The notes under the pieces are model-generated. The model was given only the letters and a program-made list of their open reading frames with translations, was not told the DNA's origin and did not search any database. DNA of 45,416 nucleotides, the filler included, from Jimgerdemannia flammicorona (taxonomy: Eukaryota), in NCBI GenBank assembly GCA_003990765.1. It is 2 parts of 2 records of this genome, joined end to end, with 100 filler letters (N's around TTAATTAATTAA, not from the genome) between each part and the next. Parts side by side here need not be neighbours in the genome. Positions count along the whole stretch, not along the records: positions 22,760 to 45,416 come from RBNJ01001233.1; 1 more part is not named here. One strand, 5' to 3'. The first letter of the stretch is position 1, and every line of letters begins with the position of its first letter. A program made the translations under genes and the position numbers. Below, piece after piece: positions 35,660 through 45,416 of this stretch.

Positions 35660-37749
35660 GTGACTAGCAACATAGTGAGAAATGACCATACCAGTGCATG
35701 TACTAGGTCAGGTGGATCTAAGGCCTTTGACTGGCAGCAGGTGGGAAGGGGTTATGGTCTGGAGATGGGGGCTTTTGGAGGACTGAAGAATGGAGAAGGC
35801 TCTGGAGGGGGACTGGTGTTCAGTGGCAATGGGGGAAGATCTGGTCTCCTGAGCTTTGCCGACAAGGTTAAGGGGAGGGGATGGCTGGCTGGTAATAGGG
35901 CTGGTGCTGCTGAGGGGAAAGGCAAGGCAAATCTTAGGAGGGGGGGCAGTGCTCCAGCTAGGAGTGCAGGTGTGGGGGCTAATGGTGCTGTGGCTGGGGA
36001 TGTGACTGTTGATGAGAGTGTGATGGGGAATCAGGAAAAAAATGGAGATGTGATGGCTGATGGCCAGGGGGGGCAGGGATTCCTGATGTGGAAGGGGGAC
36101 CTGGCGGATGGTGTAATGGGGCTGGCAGTGACCCTGTTGCTTAAGAAGTCGATCTCAGAGTTTGCGGTGACCTTGTGCTTCTGGGGCTTGGTGGTGATAG
36201 CAAGAATGGTTCTGTGGCTTGTCTCGAAGCAGGTGGCTGGGGCAGCCTCGGTGAAGTTCTTGAAGGGTCTGGAGGGAGTCAAGGTGGGATTTGAGGATGC
36301 CAGTCCACTAGATGAGGCACTGAAGACTGGAGTCATTGTTGGGGAGGTGGTGGTCCCTATGGTACAGTGCTTGCGATGAGACCCCAGGGTGGTGCAGCTT
36401 CTGGTGAAGGGGGTGCCCACAGTGACCAAGGAGGAGACTAGGAAGAGGGTAGAGGAGGTGATGATTGAGTATGGTGACATGGTGGACATCAGATTTCAAG
36501 TGTGGGAGGGGACAACAATCAGGACAGGTGACATCGATGTCAGGATCTAGCTGGCAGGAAAGGAGGCCATGGGGAAGGTGAGTGACTGGCCTTCTGTGCT
36601 GATGTGGGGGGCATTCATCTGTAAGGTGTCAAGGGTGAAGGGGAGTGAGAAGGAGGAGGAGGAGGACTTGTTGGAGGTGCTGGAGGAGATGAGTGGAGCT
36701 GTGGAGAGGGGGGTGAGGGCCTGGAAGATGTTTGAAGAGTTGATGCATCTGGAGGTTGTGGAGGGGAAATATATCTGCATGGACAAGAGGCAGTGGGAGT
36801 GGGCACAGGGGCGCAGAATGCAGAGAGAACTTCTGGCAAATATGACAGTTGGGGAGGAGAAGAAGGCAGTTGGGGCAGAGGTGTCTGGGGGCATCAAGAC
36901 CAGTGTCTGGGCTAGTACAGGGGTAGGGGAGGTGGAGGTAGGCAAGGATGGAGATGGGAAGGTGCTGAGCAAGGATCCTTTTGCCAATGGCACCTTGGAG
37001 GTCTGGGAGCCAGAATTGGACTCCACCCCACCCCCTCTGATCAGGAGGGGCCCAGCTGCAAAGAGAAGGTTGTCAGAGGATGTACTGATGAAGAGGGCCC
37101 AGCAAGTGCATTTTGGGGCCCTGATGTGGCGAAAGGAGGTCAGGTGGTGGCAGCTGGCAAGGATGAGCTGGTGGATGTACCTGAGGAGGAGTGGGATGAG
37201 GCTGCCATTGTGGGTGCTGACACCACAATGATGGATGCGGGATGGCCTGGGACCCCTGGCGGAAAGGAGGTAGGAAACTTACTGTAGATGAGCAAGGTGA
37301 TGGATAACCTCATGGCTGATGCATTGAGAGAAGTGGACCTATGGGTTATGCCTGAGGGGTACTGGGAGCAGATTCTGCATGGTGAGGGAGTAGTGGAGGC
37401 GCTGAGGGGGGAGATTCTTGCTATCCTCTTAAAGGAGGAGGGATATGTGGTTGATGAGGTGAGAAAGGCAGAGCTGGTGGTGGCTGCAGGTGAGCAGGCA
37501 GCATACTGCTGGGCTGAGCAGTATGGTTTGCAGCTCTGGAGAGAGGCCTGTCTGGAGTATCATGAGGAATTTGAGGAAAGGGAGGATGAGGTGATGGTAG
37601 AACTCCTGGGAGGATTGGAGGCATAGGAAGCTGGGAAAAGGGAACTAGATGCTGAATGGGAATTGGACTTAGTGCAGGAGGAGCTGAATGTGAACTTATA
37701 GAGGATGGGATCACCTTTTAACATTATTCCTTATGAACAGTACAACTAA
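35660..37749 (+). pseudogene. LINE D ORF1 (Gly-rich N-terminus, RRM-like core, acidic helical C-terminus)
   Basis: Track ORFs 35660, 36569 and 37288 joined across stops and one frameshift. VVQLLVKGVP..EYGDMVDIRFQVWEGTTIRTGD is RRM-like. Ends NIIPYEQYN*. No CCHC knuckle seen. Confidence 0.75.
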
Positions 37750-40700
37750 CATTTTCTCTTTGAACGTGAATGGGCTGCAGGGGTCTGGACGGTGTAAGAA
37801 CATTTTTACTTGGCTCAAGGGATTGGAGACTGATCTCTTTTTATTGCAGGATGTTCGGTATGAGGATGAGGATGATCAGGTGAAGTGGACTAGGGAATGG
37901 GGCAGGGCTTCTGCTTGGTTTGAAAAAGTGGTGATTCTGGTGAGGAAGGGTAGAGGGGACTTGGCGGGAATCAGGAGCTGGGGTGACCATTTGGTGTGGA
38001 GAGATTGGCAGCGGCCAGGGTGGGAGTCAGTGAGGGTCGGCTCTTGCTACTGCCCTGTGGTTAGGGGTGAGAGGATTGCTTGGATTGAGGAGCTAATGGA
38101 GGAGGGTATTCTCTTGGCAGGAGGGGTTGATGTGATTGGGGGGGACTTTAATATGGTTTGGAATCAGAGTCTGGACTGCACTGATGGGGGGAGGAGTGCA
38201 GGAGGGAGAAGTGGTGGCTTGGATGCATGGGAGGAGATGGAGAGGTTGAGCTCCTTAGGGGATATGGGTAGAATATAATGGGGCGTCTCCAGGGTCTATA
38301 CACATTGGGAAAATGGCTTGGGTACAAGGATTGACTGGATTCTGATGGCGGAATGCTGGGGGCCAGATGTCTGGAAGGTATTGGAGGTGGAATGGTGCCC
38401 ATGGTCTGATCACTGGAGACTGTTGGGTCAGGGGCAGTTTGGGGGGAGTAGAGATGGACCTGGACATTGGCACCTCAACTCCTCCCTACTAGCTGAGAAA
38501 GGGTTGTGGGATTCATGGGAAGAGGACATTCAGATGAAAGTTTCTTGCTGGAGGTATGAGGGTTTGTCAGTGGGTGTCTGGTGGATGAGATTGAAAGAGG
38601 CTGCAAGGGTCTATTGGAGAGAGGCTGGGAGGGAAGCAGGGAGATGAAGGAGGAAGTGCACAAGGTGTGCTTCCAGCAGGCTGAGGAGATTATAGATGGA
38701 TTGGGCAGGTTTGCTTACCTCTGATGGGGTGGAGGACTGGAGGTTAGTGTGGATTAAATTGGAGATTTTGGAACTGCAACAGGTGCTGAGAGAAGAGGAG
38801 GAGGTGCATATGCGAAGTATGGCTGCTAGGCTATGGTGGCAGGGGCTTGAGGAGAGTGAGCAGCCCACTAGATATTTATCCCACCTGCCCAATGCTAGGA
38901 GGGTGAGACATCAGTGGAATGGAGTCCTTGATGCCAATGGGGATATGGTGCAAGGCATGCAACATATACTAGGGGTTTTGAAAGAGAGATGGTGGGGTTT
39001 GTGGAGTGAAGATGAAGAGGGTGCTGATGAGGTGGCTATTGAAGATGTATTAGGAGAATGGAGGCTGCTGCAAGTGGCTGGACTGGATGACTTGGCCTTG
39101 CTGGTGCAAGGTGAGGAAGTCCAGAGTGTCCTTGTAGCAACTAAAACTAGAATTGCACCAGGAGAGGATGGACTGCCATGGGACTTCTGGAAGAAGATGG
39201 TCAAGGTCTCTGGCATTCTGGGGGAGATGACTGCTCTCTATGATCATATTCTTCAGGGCAGTGAATAGGTTGGGGAGCAGAACCTAGGGCTAGTGGCCTT
39301 ATTGTACAAAGTCAAGGGGGGGAGAGAAGACTGGTAGAACTGGTGGCCGATTATGCTTTTGGACATGGACAGGAAGATAGTGACTAAGGTAGTTGTCACA
39401 AGGCTGCAGAAGGTTGCCCAACAGGTGCTGGGGGAGGAGCAGCAGGGCTTTGTTGGAGGCAGACTTATTAGAGATGAGACTGCTTGGGTGCATGGTGTCA
39501 TTGAAGGGGCCAGGGCTTGCAGCCTGGATGGGAGGTTGGTCTTTTTGGATCAGGAGAAGGCCTATGACTGGGTCCAGCGGGTTTGGCTGGGCAAGGTGTT
39601 GGATTGTATTGGTGTTCCTCCTGGATTTTGGGCTTCTATGGTGAATCTGCTTGAGAGCAGTCGGGCAGCACTATTGTGTAATGGCCACCATAGTCAGGCA
39701 TTTACCTTGAGAAGGGGGGTTCCTCAGGGGGACCCCTTGTCCCCTATTCTTTATGCTCTTTCATTGGAACCATTAATAGATAGGATTCATCAGAAGGTGG
39801 TGGGGCTCTCTATCTATGGTATAGTGTGAAAGGTGGGGGCCTTTGCAGATGATATGGTGGTTGGCCTTGGGTCTGTGGCAGATGTCGAGGCACTTCAGGA
39901 GACAGTGGAATGATATGAGGTTCACTCTGGGGCAAAGCTCAACTGGCATAAGTGTGAGACTATGGTGCTAGAGAATGGACTGGGGGGTGGGGACATCATT
40001 GGAACAATTGTCTCTACTGGAGAGGTGGTGTGGTATCTGGGCATCTTTCTCTCTATATATAGCTCTGTCTTGCCACAAGGGTGGTGGAAGGGCAGGGTGG
40101 CTATTTGGGGGGAGGCCCTGCGAGGCTGGGGAGGCCACCATATCTCTCTAGCAGGGCAGGTATCAATTCTGAATACTTACTGGTTTCCCAAGTTGTGGTA
40201 TGTGGCATATCACCTAGACTTCCCAGCTTGGGTGGTAAAGAGACTGATGAAGGTGGCCAGAGTTTGGATTTGGGCAGGAAGGAGGTCCCAGATCAGTTGG
40301 GATACTCTTGCGATACCAGTGGACAGGGGAGGTCTTGGCCTTGTGGATTTTCCCAAGAGGTTGCACTGCCTGCGAGCCTGGTGGCTGAAGAGAGTGGCTG
40401 AACTGCAGGATTGGGGTTGGGTACTTCTGATGCAGAAGGTGTGGGAGATGAGAACCTCCCCCCGAGGGTCCTCAGGAGATCTACTCTCTCTGGTAGAGCT
40501 TCATGGAATTCAGCGGCTATGATTTAAGGGCTTTTGGTGTGGAGTGGTCAATGGAGCTCACCGAATTGGTCTGCACTGGCAAGGCAATGAGGGGGAGAAG
40601 TTGTGGGGTCCTCGTATGTGGTGATGAGATAGACTGCTTTTGGGGAGTACTCCACTTATTACTTTTGATATTGGGGATGGAGTGGAGTGTTAGCAGAGTC

Positions 40701-41392
40701 TTGGCCAAGACCTTTGGTTGAGTGGTTGGCAGGTAGTCGGGATCAGTGAGGAGTGGGACTGGGCTGGTATCTGGTCTTGGAGTGCTGAGGTGCGGTGGTG
40801 GCTTCCCCCCAAGTTCTGGGTGGTGTGGTGGTGAATGCTGCAGAGGAACATTATGCTGAATTTCTGCACTGGGCATCTGGTGGATGGTGGCTGTTTTGAT
40901 TGTGAGGAGTATTGCAATGTAGGGCAAGTTGGGGGTTTGGTGCAGATGCCAGAACATTGGCTGGGGGAGTGTGAGGTTTTGGGGGACTTTTGGGTTGAGA
41001 TAGAGAATAAACTAGGGGTGGAGCACAGGCCAGCAGGTGAAGGGGATCGCTGGGAGGACTTGAGATCTTGGCTGGTTGGGGGGGTGGGTGATAGTTGGCT
41101 CACTGTTGGGTGGGTGTTAGCAGTTTGGATAGGGCTGGCGGAATATTGGCTATTTGTGTTTGAGGAGAGGTGGCAGATGAGCCTACAGGAGAAGGTTGTA
41201 AGGTGGGAGGAGCTGTTGGGAGATCTGTTGACTGGATGGTAGATAGGTTGGAGTCCCTCAGAAGGGCAGTGGTGTGGTTTGGTGACAAGGATATGCAAAC
41301 AGAGTGGTGGGAGGGTTGGAATTGTATTTGATAGAGTGGTGTTTCATCAAGAAGGGGTAGGGGGGAGGGGCCCCCCTAGGGGGATTGGATAG
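37733..41392 (+). pseudogene. LINE D ORF2 (APE endonuclease, reverse transcriptase, C-terminal Cys/His motif)
   Basis: MNSTTNIFSLNVNGL, GDFN, RIDWIL, WSDH, WHLNSSLL, APGEDGLP, FLDQEKAYD, RGVPQGDPLSP, FADD, YLGI, CFDC..EHWLGEC. Ends PPRGIG*. Several premature stops. Confidence 0.92.
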
Positions 41393-41733
41393 GGGGTGGG
41401 TTTATTGTATTTTATAGGATAGATGGGTGTAATAAAGAACAAGTCTAAGTGACTATAAAAAAAGAGGCTGGGATTGACTGCCTGGGGGGTGATTTCAACA
41501 TAGTGCAGGATAATGTAGTGGACAGGACCAATTGATGGGAGAGAGATGGGGGGCAGAAGTGGTGGGTTGGATGTTTGGATGGAGTTGGAGAGGTTGAGTT
41601 CTTTGGTTGACTCAGGGAGACAGTTTTGGAAGGATCATTGAATTTATACTTACTGGATGGCAGGGCTGGGCTCCAGGATTGACTGGATATTGATGGCAGA
41701 GTGCTGGGGAGTGGATGTCTGGACTGTGCTGGA

Positions 41734-42326
41734 TAGTGCTCTGAACGAGTCAATCCGGATGGGATTCGGATGGATTCGAATCAACCATTATTTTGATTTC
41801 CAAATTAGACAATTAAATGTTTACATCAATAACTTGATGAATAATCATCCCAATTTGATAATCTTGGTGTCATTTGAAAGCCCTTAATTAGGCCTTTCTA
41901 ATGATACCAAGAACATTAAAATCGGATTACGTGTTGCCGAGATATTAAGGAAAACGTTCCATTTGATGAAATTTCCCAAATCGGCAAATCAAAGAATTTC
42001 CAAAATCGGCGATTCAGATGTTTTCCTTCATAACTCAGCAACACATGATCCGATTTCAATGTTCTTGGTATCATTAGATAGGTCCTATTAAGGGCTTTCA
42101 AATGACACCAAGATCATCAAATTTGGATGATTATTCATCAAGTTATTGATGTAAACATTTAATTGTCTAATTTGGAAATCAAAACAATGGTTGATTCGAA
42201 TCCGATTCGAATCCGATTCGAATCCATCCGGATGGGATTCGAATCCCATCCGAGTTGATCCGGATGGGATTCAATCGGAATCAATCTGAATCCAATCCAG
42301 ATTAAATTGACTCGTTAGGAGCACTA
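41734..42326. mobile_element. Fold-back hAT-type MITE, family 1 copy 2 (593 bp, opposite orientation to copy 1)
   Basis: TAGTGCTC...GAGCACTA termini; 8-bp TSD GTGCTGGA (41726-41733, 42327-42334). The GGATTCGAATCC array is expanded in one arm. Confidence 0.95.
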
Positions 42327-45300
42327 GTGCTGGAGGTGGTTTGGTGCCCATGGTCAGATCACTGGGGCCTGATAGGGAGGGGGAGGTTTGGAGGAAGTGA
42401 GGATGGGCCTAGACATTGGCAACTGAATTCTTTTTTGTTGGAGGATGGTTCTTTATAGGCAGACTGAGAGGTGGAGGTTATTGGAAAAATTGGTAGGTGG
42501 CAGAAGCAGGGACTGGTGATTGGGGATCACTGGCAGAGGCTGAAATCGAGTACTCAGAGGTACTGGAGAGAGGTAGGGAAAGAAAGGAGTACTTGGCAGT
42601 GGCAGAGAGTGCAATAGGCTTTACAGTGATTGGCAGTGCTCCTGGGGAGATGTGCAGGGGTGCTAGATGTTTGGGAGGTGACTGACTGGCATATTCTGTA
42701 AATTCAAAAGGAAGTTGATGAGCTTAAGGAATTGTTACAAATGGAGGAAGAGATTAAGCTGAAGAGGATGGTGGCAAGACTGCAGTAGCAAGGATTGGAG
42801 GAGGGAGAGAGACCCACTAGGTTTTTATCATGGCTACTCCAAGTGTGAAGAACTAAACAGAGGTGGGATAGTATCTTGGATGAGGATGGAGAGATGGTGG
42901 TGGAGACTCCTGTGATTTGGAGATTGCTAAGAACTCACTGGGGGAACTTATGGGGTGAGAAAGAAGGTGGTGAGAATGCTCTAAATATTGAGCATCAATT
43001 GGAGGATTGGCATCCAGACTCTGTATTGAGTCTGGGAATGCTGGGGGTTCTGGTGAGGGGAGAGGAAGTATGCAAGGTCTTGGCTGCAATAAGTAAGGAG
43101 ACAGCTCTGGGAGAGGATAGATTGCCCTGGGATTTTTGGAAGAAGATGGCTAGGGTGGTGGTGGCTCTAGAGGAAATGATGGCAATATGTGATGAGGTAC
43201 TTTAATCTGGAGCTTGGATTGGGGGCCAGTATCTGGGACTGGTCTCCTTGCTCTATAAGGATAAGGAAAGAAGAGAAGATTGAAAGAACTGATAGCTAAT
43301 CATGCTTCTTGATATGGACCACAAGCTGGTGACAAAGATCTTGGTGACTAGACTGCAGGAGATCACTCAACAAGTACTAGGAGTGGAACAGAGGGGATTT
43401 TTTGGTGGCTGGTTGATCTGAGATAGTACTGTCTAGGTCCATGGAGTGATTTAAGGGGCTAGGGCTGCTGGGGTGGATGGTCAGTTAATATTCCGATCAG
43501 GAGAAGACATATGACAGAGTGAGGAGAGTATGGCTGGAGGGAGTATTGAAATGGGTGGGGGTTTCCCCAGAGTTCAGGAGGGTATTAATCAGTCTATTGG
43601 AGGACAATCAAGCAGTGCTAGTGGTGAATGGGCACAGGAGTATGACTTTTCTGTTAGGATGTAGGGTGCTACAAGGGGACCCTTTGTCACCCATCCTCTA
43701 TGCTCTTTCCTTGGAGCCCTTGTTGGACAAGATCTGGCATTGGATTGGGGGTTTGGACATTTTGGGGATTAACTGGAAGGTGGGAGTATTTACTGATGAC
43801 ATGGTGGTTGGACTGGGTTCTTTGGAGGATGTGGAGGAACTGAGGAGGACAGTGGAATGGTATGAGAGGGCTTGGGTGCTCAGCTCAATTGGCACAAGTA
43901 TGAGACTCTGGTATTAGGCAATGACATAGTTGGCAGAGATGTGATTGAGACAGTGGTTTCAGCAGAAGAACCAGTCTGATACTTGGGAATATACCTTTTG
44001 GTATATGGGTCCCTACCACCCTGTGGATGATGGGAAAGACAGTTACTTATATGGAGAAATGTTCTCCTACAGTGGAGTGGTCAGCATATATCCCTGGCAA
44101 GAAGGATAATGGTGCTGAACATATATTGGCTGCCAAAGTTGTAGTATGTGGGGTACCATCTGAACTTTTCAGCATAGGTGGTCCAGCAACTTCTGAAGAT
44201 AGCAAGATCATAGATCTGGGCTGGGTGGTGAAGTCAGATAGGTTGGGAGGTTCTCCCTCTGCCTGTTGAATAAGGTGGGCTGGGTTTGGTGGATTTTACC
44301 AAGTGCCTTCATTGCCTGTGAGCATGGTGGCTGAAGAGAGTGAGTGATTTGAGAGGCCTGGAGTGGGTGCTGCTTATGCAGAGATTGTGGGAAGTTTGGT
44401 ATTCCCCTCATGGGATGTTGGGAGATCTACTAGCAATGGTGGCCATGGATGGAAGTAAGAGGATACATTACAAGGGCTTTTGGTGAGGAGTGATAGATGG
44501 TGCAAGATATATAGGGTTTCAGTAGTGGGGTGAGGAGGGGGAGGAGGACTGGGGTCCACAGATGTAGTGATGGGACTAGCTATTACTGGGTGGAATATTG
44601 ATGGAGGACATTCAGCTTGGTGATGGTATAGAATGTCTGTGGGAGCTTGGAGGGGACTTGTGGTCTGAAGTATGACAAAGGATAGGGATCAGCAAGAAGT
44701 GAGACTGGAATAGTATCTGGTCTTTGAGCAAGCAGATGATAAAGTAGCTTCACCCTAAGTTCTGAGTGATCTGGTGGAAGTTCCTAAGGTGGAATGTGAT
44801 ACTGAACTACTAGTCAAGGCACTTGGTGACTGATGATATATTTGAATATGAGGAATATATGGACATTAGTCAGGAGGCGGGAGTGGTACAAATGCCTGAA
44901 CATTGGCTAGAGGAGTGTGAAGTTTTGGGGAAGTTTTGGCATAGTATTACAAGTAGGTTGGGTTTGTGGCCACTGGTGGGAGGAGAAGGAGGGAGATGGG
45001 GGGACCTCTGATATAGGTTAGTGGGTGGGGTTGGAGATAAATGGTTGACTTTGGGGTGGACTCTGGTGATTTGGATGGGGATGACCAGTCATTGGCTTCA
45101 TGTCTTTGAGGAGAGCCAGCAGGTTGAGATTGAGACTAGGGTGGCATGTCAGGAATGACTGTTACTCAACATTTTGAATGGTTGGTAGAGAGGGTGGGGA
45201 CTAAGTGGGGGAAGCTGTTGGAAATTGGTGAATTGTATTTATAGTAAGAGTGGAGGTAGGGTCAGGGTGGTGGGTGGCTGGATTGTCCTTTGGCAGAGAG

Positions 45301-45416
45301 AGGGGGGAAGTAGAGAGGGAAATCTGAGGGGTATAGGCTAAAGGGTTGTGGGTACTTATGTATTATTATGTATAGATAGAGTGATAATAAATGGCAGTCC
45401 AAGTGATATAAAAAAA

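Larger units (their letters stand above)
35598..41463 (+). mobile_element. Full-length L1/Tx1-clade LINE, copy D (least mutated), nested in copy C
   Basis: Perfect 15-bp TSD GAGGCTGGGATTGAC at 35583-35597 and 41464-41478; A7 tail. Confidence 0.96.
33281..45416 (+). mobile_element. Full-length L1/Tx1-clade LINE, copy C (divergent subfamily; host to LINE D and a MITE)
   Basis: 5' end homologous to that of copy D. ORF1 relic; ORF2 ATG at 35196; APE split at SEAGID|CLGGDFN; RT QGDPLSPILYALSLEPL, FTDD. Ends AATAAA..GTCCAAGTGATAT-A6 at the window edge. Confidence 0.92.

Noticed and set aside
11190..45416. Alternative genetic code or stop readthrough to explain in-frame TAG/TGA in LINE ORFs
   Set aside because: The stops fall at different codons in different copies and match C>T/G>A changes of CAG, CGA and TGG.

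Overview
Eukaryotic, almost certainly fungal, DNA with no prokaryotic features. The kinase family and the MCP1 resemble Mucoromycota genes, but that taxonomy is my inference. The window has two compartments. (1) About 1-9,140 is CpG-normal single-copy DNA holding decayed genes and one intact orphan ORF. The decayed genes are a frameshifted MCP1-like gene and two inverted paralogous TKL-type kinase relics; the orphan (6452-6982) starts with a myristoylation-type MGNKFS. (2) About 9,141-45,416 is a nested, CpG-depleted, C>T/G>A-hypermutated transposon cluster. A Ty1/copia element is interrupted by a full-length L1/Tx1-clade LINE (19-bp TSD), a truncated LINE, a hAT-type MITE and a 1.5-kb TG..CA solo-LTR-like element that carries its own ~274-codon gene. 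The cluster also holds three more long LINE copies (one nested in another, 15-bp TSD), two copies of a fold-back hAT MITE (8-bp TSDs) with internal paired palindromic sites, two copies of a second LTR-like family and several old LINE fragments. A 100-nt gap with an artificial TTAATTAATTAA linker lies at 22660-22759. Homology calls come from motif recognition by eye, not database searches, and boundaries without a TSD are approximate.
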